A DNA stretch of 64,000 bases from Candidatus Pacearchaeota archaeon (GTDB lineage: Archaea; Nanobdellota; Nanobdellia; Pacearchaeales; GW2011-AR1). Below the pieces are notes generated by a model that made no database searches, was not told the DNA's origin, and saw only the letters and a list, made by a program, of their open reading frames with translations. The DNA lies in NCBI GenBank assembly GCA_018303945.1, contig JAGVXD010000001.1:2877-66876 (forward strand), written 5' to 3'. Positions 47,491-57,189 of this stretch are shown in pieces; within the stretch, counting starts at the first letter, position 1; every line of letters starts with the position of its first letter. Position numbers and translations under genes: made by a program.

Positions 47491-50400
47491 ATTCTATCGT
47501 ATTTATTTTTTAATTCAAATGTCGTATAAATTCCAAGCCCCAGAAGCTCATCATACAATAGCTTAAAGGCGTATGAGATTTCTATAGGTTCAGATTCATT
47601 GCTGTTGCATAATGGGCAGGCAACTTTATTATGTATTACATCTTCATATACTAAACTTCCACATTGCTTGCATATATGAACTATAGTCTTGTCAGAGTCA
47701 TATCTTTCCTTAAGAAGAAGGGATGCTCCATGACCTGCAAGTGCTTGTTGCTCCATTTCTCCCAATCTTAATGCGCCTCCACGCGCTCTTCCTTCAATAG
47801 GCTGTCTGGTAAGCAATGCAACTTTTCCTGAAGCTCTCGCATGTATCTTATTCTTTACCATATATTTAAGCTTAAGATAATACATATTTCCAATGTAAAT
47901 TTTTGCTTCCATCTTCTTCCCGCTTATTCCATTATACATGACTTCTGTTCCGTCATAGCTAAAGCCCATTTCTCTAAGTTGTTGTTCTAACTCCTTGACA
48001 TTGCTCCCGGTAAAAGATGTTCCATCAACAATCCTTCCACTTATCGCTCCAGATTTGCCTGCAAGAAGCTCTATAAGATAACCTACCGTCATTCTGCTAG
48101 GTATGCCGTGAGGATTAAACATTAAATCTGGTTTTATTCCTTTGGATGTAAATGGAATGTCTTCCGAGTCTGCAATAAGTCCAACTACTCCTTTTTGTCC
48201 GTGAGGTGTGGAAAACTTGTCTCCTGGTTCAGGCAATCTTAAATCTCTTGTTCTGACTTGAGCAATCTTGTTTCCTTCTTGATCAGCCGTTATAAACACT
48301 GCATCAACTGTTCCTCTCTCTTCTTGACGAATAGCAGAACTTGCCTCCTTCTTCGCCTGTATGCTTATGTCTTTAGCTTCGCTAAGGAATTTTGGAGGAG
48401 TAACTTTTCCAATTATTACTTCTCCCTCATTCATGTCTGCTTCTGGATAAACTACCCCGTCGTCTTCTAAGAATCTGTAAGCTGCTTCTGTTCTGTATCC
48501 TGAAACATCCTTATCAGGAACTACAATCTCGTCTGCAAGCCCTCCAGCATATTGCAATTCAGTTGCAGTATAAGGTCTAAAGTATGTGCTTCTTCCCATG
48601 CCTCTCTCAACACTTGCCCTATTAAGAACAACAGCATCTTCCATATTGAATCCTTCAAAAGGCATTATTGCCACAACTATATTCTGTCCGGCAGGATATA
48701 CTTCAAGTGTGTCATAAACAAAACTTCTTACAATTGGCTTTTGTGGATAATGAAGGATAGAAACGTCTGTATCTAGTCTAACAAGATAGTTTGCAGAATA
48801 AATTCCCAAGCTTTGCTTTAAAGTCTTGCTTCCTCTGTTAAGACGTGAAGATTGGTCGTGATTTCCAAATGGAACTAGACTGGTGATTAGCCCGAAAAGG
48901 TCAATAGGGTGTATTTCCAGATGAGTATTTTCAGAAGTTATATTCTGCTGATTGAAAGCCACTAGAGCGTTTTCCTCTTCTGCCGCATCTATATATTCTA
49001 TAATCCCTTCTTTAACTAAATCACTCCATTTAAGTTTATTATTTTCTATGAGAAGAAGATGCTCATCTTTTAATTTGCTTACTCCGTTTTCAACAATGAT
49101 TATCGGCCTTAAAACCCTTCCAACTTCTGTAGATATGGTTACTTGATTTAGAAGATTATCGTTGCGGATGCTCATTTCACGCGGGAAAACTCCAACTCTT
49201 CTTTGGACTCTTACTTGTTTGGCAAAAGACTCCGGATCTTTAACAGAGCCTATAAATCTTCCATTGAAGAATACGTCAATGCCTTCTTCATGCTGCAAAC
49301 CACATTCTTCAAATTTCTTCATTACAGTTTGTTCGTCAAAAATCACTGCTGTTGATATTTTACTTAGAATTGCAAGATTTTTACGCAGTCCTATCTCAGT
49401 TCCTTCAGGAGACTCTGTCGGACAAAATCTTCCATAATGGGTAGGATGAAGAGTTCTTGCCATAAAGTTTTCCTGCTCTCCAGGAAGCATGCTTGAAACA
49501 CGCTGTAATTGAGAAAGCATTGCGAGATAATTAGTTTTGTCCATGTTTTGGGTAACTCCCGAACGTTCTCCAATCCAGCTTCCAGTTGCAATTGCACTCT
49601 CTATTCTGTGAGTAAATAAAGTTGATTTGGCTATAGTCTTAAGAGAATAAAACTTCTTTCTTTTAGCTATTTTTTGCAATGAATATTGTATATCTCTTAT
49701 TAATATTCCAATATTGACTCTAAAAAGATCCGACATTAAATCTCCGGAAAGTTTTATCCTCTTATTCGCATAATGGTCTTTGTCTGTTCGCAAAGATTTG
49801 TTTTCTTTAGCGTGCATATAAATATTTATCAATCTGCAGAGAGTAACTGCTTTTTCCGATCTAGCTGCTTTTCCAGTTCCTATATGCGGAAGGAGAAAGG
49901 AGTCTATCCTATCTTTTATTCTGTCAAGTATCTCTTTCTTTGTGCCTTGTATTCCTGCCTTTTCGGATATGAACAAAAGAGCATCTTCACTACTTTGTAT
50001 TTGTGCATACTCGTACAAATTAACAATTAATCCATCGTTTTCAAAACCTATTGCGCTGGCTATATCAGATTCCTTTGTCATTCCTAAAGCTTTGATTATT
50101 GGTATAAGTGGGATATTTTTAAGCCTGCTAAAACTTAATTCAATAATTCCTTCCCCCGTTTCAGAAATAGTGGTAGGAATACGATATGCTCCTCTCTGTG
50201 AAAACAATCTTAAAGTTAATCCTAATCTTCCTTCTTCAATGAAAGGTTGATTAGCCGCAAGATCCTCCGACATTACCATTACTCTCTCATTTCCATTTAT
50301 TATGAAATAACCTCCAGGGTCAAGAGGATCCATAAAATTAGCTCTTAATTCATCACGGTTCATTCCAGAGGTAGTGCATCCGGCACTTCTGACCATTATA

Positions 50401-50738
50401 GGTATTCTACCTATTTCGACTTCTGAACTGTCTGTCTGACCTTCGTATTTAACTGTTAATTCAAGAAATACAGGTGCAGAATATGTAAGATTTCTTAATC
50501 TTGCAACTGAAGGTATAACGATACTAGTGCTTCCATCAGCCTCAACGATATTAGGTTTCTCAATTCTTACTCTTCCAAGCCTAATCTCTATTTCTTCATT
50601 GTTTATAGTCTCGTTTATCTCGCTTATAATTTGAGGTATTTTATGACCTATAAAGTCATTAAAAGAAAGTATGTTTGATTCTACAAGTGAATGCTGTTCC
50701 AAGTATTTCTTAATTAATATGTCATGTTTATGCGCCAT
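47487..50738 (-). CDS. rpoB: DNA-directed RNA polymerase subunit B (unsplit)
   Basis: Full-length Rpb2-like sequence with C-terminal zinc motif CKQCGS...CPLCNS. Confidence 0.95.
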   Translation of the reverse strand: MAHKHDILIKKYLEQHSLVESNILSFNDFIGHKIPQIISEINETINNEEIEIRLGRVRIEKPNIVEADGSTSIVIPSVARLRNLTYSAPVFLELTVKYEGQTDSSEVEIGRIPIMVRSAGCTTSGMNRDELRANFMDPLDPGGYFIINGNERVMVMSEDLAANQPFIEEGRLGLTLRLFSQRGAYRIPTTISETGEGIIELSFSRLKNIPLIPIIKALGMTKESDIASAIGFENDGLIVNLYEYAQIQSSEDALLFISEKAGIQGTKKEILDRIKDRIDSFLLPHIGTGKAARSEKAVTLCRLINIYMHAKENKSLRTDKDHYANKRIKLSGDLMSDLFRVNIGILIRDIQYSLQKIAKRKKFYSLKTIAKSTLFTHRIESAIATGSWIGERSGVTQNMDKTNYLAMLSQLQRVSSMLPGEQENFMARTLHPTHYGRFCPTESPEGTEIGLRKNLAILSKISTAVIFDEQTVMKKFEECGLQHEEGIDVFFNGRFIGSVKDPESFAKQVRVQRRVGVFPREMSIRNDNLLNQVTISTEVGRVLRPIIIVENGVSKLKDEHLLLIENNKLKWSDLVKEGIIEYIDAAEEENALVAFNQQNITSENTHLEIHPIDLFGLITSLVPFGNHDQSSRLNRGSKTLKQSLGIYSANYLVRLDTDVSILHYPQKPIVRSFVYDTLEVYPAGQNIVVAIMPFEGFNMEDAVVLNRASVERGMGRSTYFRPYTATELQYAGGLADEIVVPDKDVSGYRTEAAYRFLEDDGVVYPEADMNEGEVIIGKVTPPKFLSEAKDISIQAKKEASSAIRQEERGTVDAVFITADQEGNKIAQVRTRDLRLPEPGDKFSTPHGQKGVVGLIADSEDIPFTSKGIKPDLMFNPHGIPSRMTVGYLIELLAGKSGAISGRIVDGTSFTGSNVKELEQQLREMGFSYDGTEVMYNGISGKKMEAKIYIGNMYYLKLKYMVKNKIHARASGKVALLTRQPIEGRARGGALRLGEMEQQALAGHGASLLLKERYDSDKTIVHICKQCGSLVYEDVIHNKVACPLCNSNESEPIEISYAFKLLYDELLGLGIYTTFELKNKYDRI

Positions 50739-50944
50739 TATGCAACTACCCTGTAATATGTCAAGGTTTTGTCCTCCTCTTTTCTCTCTATTTTGAGTAA
50801 ATCTCCGGGTACACTGCCTTCAGGAACAGCTGGATCCACATGCTTTATTTTTGGCAATTGAGAAACTGAGACATTCATTGAATCGAGCAATGCCTTAATT
50901 TCATCTGGCTTCAATTTTATGTGCTTGGGCTGTAATATGTGCAT
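50738..50944 (-). CDS. rpoH: DNA-directed RNA polymerase subunit H
   Basis: HILQPKHIKLKPDE...LPKI...GDLLKIER...YYRVV. Confidence 0.8.
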   Translation of the reverse strand: MHILQPKHIKLKPDEIKALLDSMNVSVSQLPKIKHVDPAVPEGSVPGDLLKIERKEEDKTLTYYRVVA

Positions 50945-51075
50945 AGCGACAGCAAGGAAAATAATCCTGGATTAATAATAAAGTAAGAAAGTGGCTTTTT
51001 AAATGTTTCTAAAAACCTCTGGCAGTTAGCAACAGCTGATTAAGATTTCTTTTCACATTTCTTAATTTCATAAGC

Positions 51076-51101
51076 ATTCAAACTTTATAAGCTTTATAGT
51101 G
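51076..51101. repeat. 26-bp exact direct repeat, copy 1 (attcaaactttataagctttatagtg)
   Basis: Identical to 51996-52021. Confidence 0.8.
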
Positions 51102-51178
51102 GTAAGTGGCTAATTTTTGTCCAATTCCACAGAATTTAAGTTTTTAACGGCTGTCAAGGAGAGCATTTCTTTAATTTT

Positions 51179-51985
51179 CTAAACTGAAGCCCGCCCGTTT
51201 ATTGCATCAATTTGAGTTTTTATTATATGTGCTTGTTCATAATTGTCTTCCGCTATTGCTCCAATCTGTTTGGTAATGAGTTCGGCTATTTTCATATGCT
51301 TTCCAGAATATTTATCATTTGATAAAACATTAACAAGAGCAGATGCCGCATACGAAGTTGAGCGGTTACGTGTAAAATAGATAAGCTCTTTAGATATTCT
51401 GTCAAAAGCTTCCTTCCTCCCACTCTTTTTAGCTTCTAATAATGGAAGAGTGAATTTTTTAAGAACATAATCATAAAGATTGCGGCTTGGAATATTCTCA
51501 TAAGTAATATCATTTTTTACAAAAGGAGCATTTTCTCTAATTAAGTTTTTATCATCTCCCTCATAAAGATTGTCGCAATAACAATTAAAATAAGCCATAA
51601 CGCCTAATTCAAGAGATTTTATACCTGGGCCAACTTTAAAGTATTCTCCAGTAAAGATAACGTCTCCAGGATATTCTTCTATTTCATCTTGAGAATTTAT
51701 AGAAGTATTTATGATCTTAGCCATGATGCTCTTAACGGGCTTTATAATCTTTCCTCTCTCGTATTCAAATATACAACCCACATCAGAATGATGGCATGCT
51801 TCAACTGCTAAAATAGGATCATCTAATTTAGAATTAAGTGCGCAAATTGCAATACTCTTGGCCAAAGAAGGCGATTCATGGGAAACAAGAGACTCAAGCT
51901 CTTCTATATCTCCTATGAATCTTGAATAAATAAGAACCTTTCCTTCAAGATTATCTGGATTGCCGCGCTCTAACCAAAACATCAA
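51179..51985 (-). CDS. Hypothetical protein (268 aa) bracketed by 26-bp direct repeats
   Basis: ORF only. Confidence 0.5.
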   Translation of the reverse strand: MMFWLERGNPDNLEGKVLIYSRFIGDIEELESLVSHESPSLAKSIAICALNSKLDDPILAVEACHHSDVGCIFEYERGKIIKPVKSIMAKIINTSINSQDEIEEYPGDVIFTGEYFKVGPGIKSLELGVMAYFNCYCDNLYEGDDKNLIRENAPFVKNDITYENIPSRNLYDYVLKKFTLPLLEAKKSGRKEAFDRISKELIYFTRNRSTSYAASALVNVLSNDKYSGKHMKIAELITKQIGAIAEDNYEQAHIIKTQIDAINGRASV

Positions 51986-51995
51986 AAATATTAAA

Positions 51996-52021
51996 ATTCA
52001 AACTTTATAAGCTTTATAGTG
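51996..52021. repeat. 26-bp exact direct repeat, copy 2
   Basis: Identical to 51076-51101; contains TATA-like ttataaag on the minus strand ~25 nt upstream of the 51985 start. Confidence 0.8.
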
Positions 52022-52023
52022 AC

Positions 52024-52121
52024 ACAGAGAATTCTAATAATTTTATCATTCTGCGGCAGAATTCGCTGGAAGGAAAATTCTGTTGATTGCATCATGTTCG
52101 GTACAGAATTCTCTGTAATCC
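52024..52121. repeat. MITE-like repeat copy B with perfect 12-bp terminal inverted repeats (ACAGAGAATTCT / AGAATTCTCTGT)
   Basis: TIRs read directly; three AGAATTC motifs; no coding capacity. Confidence 0.65.
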
Positions 52122-52456
52122 TTACATTCTTATGCGGGAAGTTATTTTCTTATCGTAAGCAATCATCAGCATAAAATCTGAATTTTTCTCAGTACAAAAA
52201 AATATTATGACTCATAAGCCCTCTAGACCTCTCTGGCATGTTAGCTTTTATATATTTCAGCTTCAACTATAGATTGGATGCAATTTAAAATGCAAATCCT
52301 AAAGTTTTCTTGACCAAAACCCGGCATATAGTTTGAAAAGGAATGCCGAGGGTAATGCTTTCATGAAAGGATTGCCGGGATTAGATAGGGAAACAGGTAG
52401 ATGGTGGCTACCAGTACAATATTATTTTGTAGAATCTTAAAAGATTAGGCAAATCT

Positions 52457-53020
52457 CTATCGCTTCTTTTCCCTTTCTTCAACATTATTGTTGTGAAACT
52501 CGACAATTCTGTCTAGAATCTCTTTTGGAACTATGATTGCTTTTATGTTGGTTAGTTTTTCCAGTTTGTATCCAAGATCAAAAATAGCCCTTTCATTGCC
52601 CAGCCTGAATTGTTCTTCTATTTCATAAAGCATGATATTCCAGTCAAGCATCTTTTTATCGCAAATAAGAATAATATCATGATCATCTTTTTCCCTGTCA
52701 GTGGCACTCTTCATTATGGCTATGTCCGTTGGATGGGCTGCTTTCAGGATAAGATTTTCAAATTCATGTGTTTCGTCAGCTCTTTTCTTCATTTTCTCTG
52801 AAAAATCTGAAGTAATTACTTTATGTAAGAAAAAATCAAATCTGACTTTTTCCCCCTGAAGCATTTTTGGAGTCCCGTCTTTCTTCTCAATATAGGCAAG
52901 TCTATAGTCTAGATCTCTATAACCTAACTTCTTCATTGTCTCTATGAGATATTCCCTATCCTTTTCATTTTCAAGGACGATATCTACATCAAGTGTCGCA
53001 GCCTTTATTCCTCGCAGCAT
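52457..53020 (-). CDS. Putative nucleotidyltransferase-fold protein (AbiEii/MNT-like toxin candidate)
   Basis: ATLDVDIVLENEKD acidic motif; downstream partner of an HTH gene; weak. Confidence 0.35.
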   Translation of the reverse strand: MLRGIKAATLDVDIVLENEKDREYLIETMKKLGYRDLDYRLAYIEKKDGTPKMLQGEKVRFDFFLHKVITSDFSEKMKKRADETHEFENLILKAAHPTDIAIMKSATDREKDDHDIILICDKKMLDWNIMLYEIEEQFRLGNERAIFDLGYKLEKLTNIKAIIVPKEILDRIVEFHNNNVEEREKKR

Positions 53021-53109
53021 TAAGGCAGTTCCTCCAATTGCATAGGCAGTTATTTTTCTAGTAAGTTCCCTGCCGATAGCAATGAATATATCCTCCTGTT
53101 CTCGTATGT

Positions 53110-53754
53110 TTATGATTTTGCACCCCTTTTATATTCGCTAAGATCTGATGCATTAAGAGGAATATAAACTTTCCATTTTTTTTCTATGCTCTTAAAATCA
53201 TCAGAAGATAATTTATCTATTATATATTCAAAACTTCCTCTGTCTTTCAAGGCAAGATTGTAAAAGCGAGCAGGCATTTTCCTTAATTTTTTCAGAAATA
53301 GCCTGGCTATATCATAAAGGGCAGCTATTTCACGAACAACTCCTTCTTTTTTTGCAAGGGCATATAAATAGCTCCAATCTTTTATGTGCCGAAATAGCGC
53401 AAGGGCAGCAATAGTATATCTTACATCTCTTTTTTTTAGTGCATATACAAGCACCTCTTCATATTTTATCTTTCTCCCATAAACATAATCTGGGCTCCAC
53501 TCAGCCAATTTTATCGGGGAAACTTCATTTATTGCATCAGTATAGCTTTTCTTTTTGGATTGGTTTCTAAGATAGATATAATAAATCCTCATTTTATTCC
53601 TCCCATAATATGTCTTTACATACCCGAGCTTTCTGAGTCTGTGTATAACATAAATTGCCTTTTCCCTGCTAATGCCAAGCTCCCTGCTGAAGCTATCTAA
53701 TGTCCATCTTCCTTCAATCTTCTGTGCCAGTTTCATATATTTTGTATTTTTCAT
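53110..53754 (-). CDS. Winged-HTH protein (AbiEi-like antitoxin/regulator candidate)
   Basis: N-terminal wHTH LDSFSRELGISREKAIYVIHRLRKLGYV. Confidence 0.4.
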   Translation of the reverse strand: MKNTKYMKLAQKIEGRWTLDSFSRELGISREKAIYVIHRLRKLGYVKTYYGRNKMRIYYIYLRNQSKKKSYTDAINEVSPIKLAEWSPDYVYGRKIKYEEVLVYALKKRDVRYTIAALALFRHIKDWSYLYALAKKEGVVREIAALYDIARLFLKKLRKMPARFYNLALKDRGSFEYIIDKLSSDDFKSIEKKWKVYIPLNASDLSEYKRGAKS

Positions 53755-53904
53755 AATTAAATGTATAGTAACTAATATATAAACTTAACTATTCTAATAA
53801 TTAATTATTAAATGTAAGGCTATTTATATATAAATAAATTCCCTTTTCAAGCATTTTTTATAAGCCTATAGAGTCTTCTCCTCTTTTTGGGATAAAAAGT
53901 GTTA

Positions 53905-53996
53905 TGGCCCCGACGGGATTTGAACCCGCGACACCTGGATTGCTTCAAATTCTGATTTAAAAGTCCAGTACTCTAACCGGGCTGAGCTACGGAGCC
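53905..53996 (-). tRNA. tRNA-Lys (anticodon TTT) with ~17-nt intron after position 37
   Basis: Minus-strand cloverleaf: acceptor GGCTCCG/CGGGGCC, D-arm GCTC..GAGT, anticodon stem CTGGA/TCCAG enclosing CTTTTA-intron-A, T-arm GCGGG-TTCAAAT-CCCGT. Confidence 0.7.
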
Positions 53997-54059
53997 ATAA
54001 ATCTCTGACACAGATACGTTATTTAAACGTTTTTGTAAAGAAGTATTTTCAATATTTTA

Positions 54060-54869
54060 TCATATTTCGCCAATATGCAGTCCAATTTTACTAAGTCTAT
54101 CAACAAGCTCTTCACGCAATTCAGGATAGCCTGCATTAATAATTTTTATACCCTTATGAATTGTCCTTGAATCAAGCAGAATTCTCTTAAGCTCATTTAA
54201 ACCTTTATCAGATTTAAGCATTCGGTGTGCCCATTGAGTTTTATCTTCCAATCTTTCCTGCAGAGATAGATATATTTCTCCCGATATAACTTCTTTTTTC
54301 TGCAAATACTCCCAAGCATCTACGTTTAAAGGCACTGCAGCGTGTCCTCTAATATTTAGGGAATCAACTACTTTAGCTCCATCCTCCAATCTATCAACAA
54401 AAAAGAACACCTCTCTCATATCTCCTCCGTTTTTTCTTATTATAGGCAGCCAATAATTCTCTAAAGAATAGCCTTCATTGTTTAAATCTGCAACATGGGT
54501 TGCAGTTCTGCCAACCAGAGAAGCCCCGACACATTCGCCACTTTTATATATCATGGCGCAAGGTTTTTTCATAAGAGCAGCGACAGGCATAGAAAATATC
54601 AAATCCCTCGTCTCTCCACCAGTTATAATCTCTATCTCGCTATTATTCTCATTTTTTGCTATAGTAATCAAATCCCTCATTAATTTAACAGATTTATCAA
54701 AATCATTGCCTTCTCTCATCACCACAGCGCTCTGCACATAATAGTTGCCTATCTCTCCTGAAGTGTAAGGAAAGAATAGATTAGTAAATTCAAATCCACT
54801 ATTGCGGCATAGAATATCTAGTCCGTTTCTTTGTATTCTCTTTTGATAACTTTCTTCTATATACTGCAT
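54060..54869 (-). CDS. Hypothetical protein, possibly phosphoribosyltransferase-like
   Basis: VFFFVDRLEDGAKVV resembles a PRTase acidic loop; uncertain. Confidence 0.35.
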   Translation of the reverse strand: MQYIEESYQKRIQRNGLDILCRNSGFEFTNLFFPYTSGEIGNYYVQSAVVMREGNDFDKSVKLMRDLITIAKNENNSEIEIITGGETRDLIFSMPVAALMKKPCAMIYKSGECVGASLVGRTATHVADLNNEGYSLENYWLPIIRKNGGDMREVFFFVDRLEDGAKVVDSLNIRGHAAVPLNVDAWEYLQKKEVISGEIYLSLQERLEDKTQWAHRMLKSDKGLNELKRILLDSRTIHKGIKIINAGYPELREELVDRLSKIGLHIGEI

Positions 54870-54937
54870 AATTTACTATCTTCAAAGAAGTTTAAATATT
54901 TATACCAGAAATTTTCATTAATTTTAAGTAATTAATT

Positions 54938-55258
54938 TTATAATTTCTGGGCCGGTTCTTCAATATTGTCCAAAACTACCCGCTTAATAAAAGAGCCCTT
55001 TTCCTGCGCTTTTCTTTCCTTAAGCTCCTGCAAAGAGTGTTTATCAATGTGCTTATAGTCACATATAGCATCTATCACTTCAAGGATATCAGCTAATTCC
55101 TCCTCTTTCTCACTGCTTAAGTATTCATCAACTTCTTCGCTTAGCTTCTCGCGTAAACAATCGGCATATTCATCGTCATCTGAATAATGCACTACCGGCA
55201 GTTTTCCCTCACTGCGTATTAAGTTTGGAATTCTGTCTCTTACTAGCTTCGGATTCAT
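54938..55258 (-). CDS. MazG-like nucleotide pyrophosphohydrolase (small all-alpha NTP-PPase)
   Basis: KLVRDRIPNLIR N-terminal motif and acidic EExxE/D metal-binding helices. Confidence 0.6.
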   Translation of the reverse strand: MNPKLVRDRIPNLIRSEGKLPVVHYSDDDEYADCLREKLSEEVDEYLSSEKEEELADILEVIDAICDYKHIDKHSLQELKERKAQEKGSFIKRVVLDNIEEPAQKL

Positions 55259-55392
55259 TGCTTTATTAAGAATATCGACGTTAAATATCTATCGTTTCGT
55301 CGGGTAAAATAAATTTCTTTCTTCTATAATCTGTATTTACTATCAAGTCGTAAAATAGAAAGATTTATAAACCTGACAAAATAATATAATTC

Positions 55393-55827
55393 ATGGCAAG
55401 TTTAGGCGACATAGTAGAGTTTAAAGATGGATTCATACATGGAAATATCCCTGCATATGTAGCTGAAGAGCTTAAGCGAGAAGGTTACGAAATAGCCACA
55501 TCTTATGGGATGAGAGTTTATGCTCCTGAAAAAGACGCTATCGGGATACTAGGTCCCGAAATACAGAGAACTCGTAAATTTCTAGGAATTATCCCAATTT
55601 CTAAATTAGAAAGAGATTATGTAGCAAATTTATACCTTAATAACCCTAGTTTGGAAGCAAAAGAGGACAAAATATGGATTTTAGACGTTTATGGAGATAA
55701 TAACCTTAAAAACCTGCAGAAAATAACAGAAGGTATTGCTACTAGAATAGGAAATATAGGAGTACATACAAGATTAGAAAGCAGAGAACCTAAAAAAGAA
55801 GAGTTCTTTCCAGACGGCTATAATTAA
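55393..55827 (+). CDS. Hypothetical protein (144 aa)
   Basis: ORF only. Confidence 0.4.
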   Translation: MASLGDIVEFKDGFIHGNIPAYVAEELKREGYEIATSYGMRVYAPEKDAIGILGPEIQRTRKFLGIIPISKLERDYVANLYLNNPSLEAKEDKIWILDVYGDNNLKNLQKITEGIATRIGNIGVHTRLESREPKKEEFFPDGYN

Positions 55828-56147
55828 AAGCTTTCTTTTATTATCTTCATTAAATTATCTTTGGGCACGGCCCCAACAATTCTTTCAACCATCTCACCAT
55901 CTTTGAAGAAAATTGTAGTGGGTATACTCATTATTTGAAAACGCTCGGCAAGCTCCTGCTCGCTTTCAACATCAACCTTTCCAAATCCAACCTTTCCAGA
56001 AAGCTCTTTTGCGGCTGCTTCAAAGTGAGGAGCCATTATCTTGCAGGGCCCGCACCATTCTGCCCAGAAATCTACAACTGAATTTCCCTTGCGGATAAAA
56101 GAATCAAAATTCTTTGAATCTAAAAATTTGATATTTTCTTTCATCAT
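55824..56147 (-). CDS. trxA: Thioredoxin
   Basis: WAEWCGPCK active site. Confidence 0.85.
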   Translation of the reverse strand: MMKENIKFLDSKNFDSFIRKGNSVVDFWAEWCGPCKIMAPHFEAAAKELSGKVGFGKVDVESEQELAERFQIMSIPTTIFFKDGEMVERIVGAVPKDNLMKIIKESF

Positions 56148-56247
56148 GTTTTTTCTTAAACATCGCTTATAAACATTATGGAGTACTCTAAAAGAGTATT
56201 ACTTCAAAAATAGATAAGCATTAATACTTAAAAGGATATATTATAAT

Positions 56248-56853
56248 ATGCAGAAAGAAGCTCTCTTGGAGCATCTCAAAGCAAAGGGATTTAACCAGGA
56301 GATAATTGACGGTTTTGAAAAAGTCAACAGGCAGGAATTTGTTCCGGAACATGTAAAAAACTATGCTTATGAAGACATCTCTCTGCCATTGGGCGAAGGA
56401 AGCAAGATATCAAAGCCTTCTGAAATTGCATTTATATTGGAGCATCTTGAACTGAAAAAAGGGCAGAAAATTCTTGAAATTGGATCTGGTTCAGGTTATG
56501 TTCTCGCTCTCATGGCATCTATAATCAAAGAAGGCGAGATTTATGGTTTAGAAATAAATGAATCTCTGGCTATTAAAGCAAAACAGCGTCTGGATAATTT
56601 ACCATGGGTACATATTGTAAGACGCGACGGCTATCGTGGCCTTCCTGAATACGAACCATTCGACCGAATACTGATAAGTGCTTTCGCTCAAGACATAACC
56701 TCAATTTATAATATACTTGACCAGCTGAAAGAAGATGGAATCATGCTCGCTCCTATAAAAGAAAATTTGATTTATTTCAAGAAAAGCAAAGGCAAGATTG
56801 ATAAAAAAGAGTTTAAGGGCTTTAACTTCGTTCCTTTGATAAAAACAGATTAA
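56248..56853 (+). CDS. pcm: Protein-L-isoaspartate O-methyltransferase
   Basis: ILEIGSGSGY SAM motif and Pcm N-terminal block. Confidence 0.85.
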   Translation: MQKEALLEHLKAKGFNQEIIDGFEKVNRQEFVPEHVKNYAYEDISLPLGEGSKISKPSEIAFILEHLELKKGQKILEIGSGSGYVLALMASIIKEGEIYGLEINESLAIKAKQRLDNLPWVHIVRRDGYRGLPEYEPFDRILISAFAQDITSIYNILDQLKEDGIMLAPIKENLIYFKKSKGKIDKKEFKGFNFVPLIKTD

Positions 56854-57189
56854 AAAATCCTTATTGTATTAATTATAAAAGCGTTAAATATATAAGATTG
56901 TCTTTTTTTTAGAGGATATAATCCTGAAATACTTGAAAAAGAAAATGGCTATAGTTCTCAAAAAGAAAGATTATGAAGAATTAAGAAGAAGATTTTTAGT
57001 CTTTGAGAACGAAGATATATTAAATAAGCCCCTTACAGTAGTATATGATGGTGCTAATTTAATTGGTATTCTTGCACCTTACACATTTGAACCTGACTTG
57101 AAGAAATTTGAGAGAAGAAAAAAACCGGGAGTTTAAAGAGATATGGATAACTGCCTCTTAGTGAGCTATAAATATGCAGTTCTCTGTAA

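Noticed and set aside
41064-52121. Possibility that the two MITE-like copies delimit an 11-kb composite mobile element
   Set aside because: The intervening DNA is the essential rpoH-rpoB-rpoA-nusA-rps12-rps7 cluster. The copies are more likely independent insertions or regulatory repeats.
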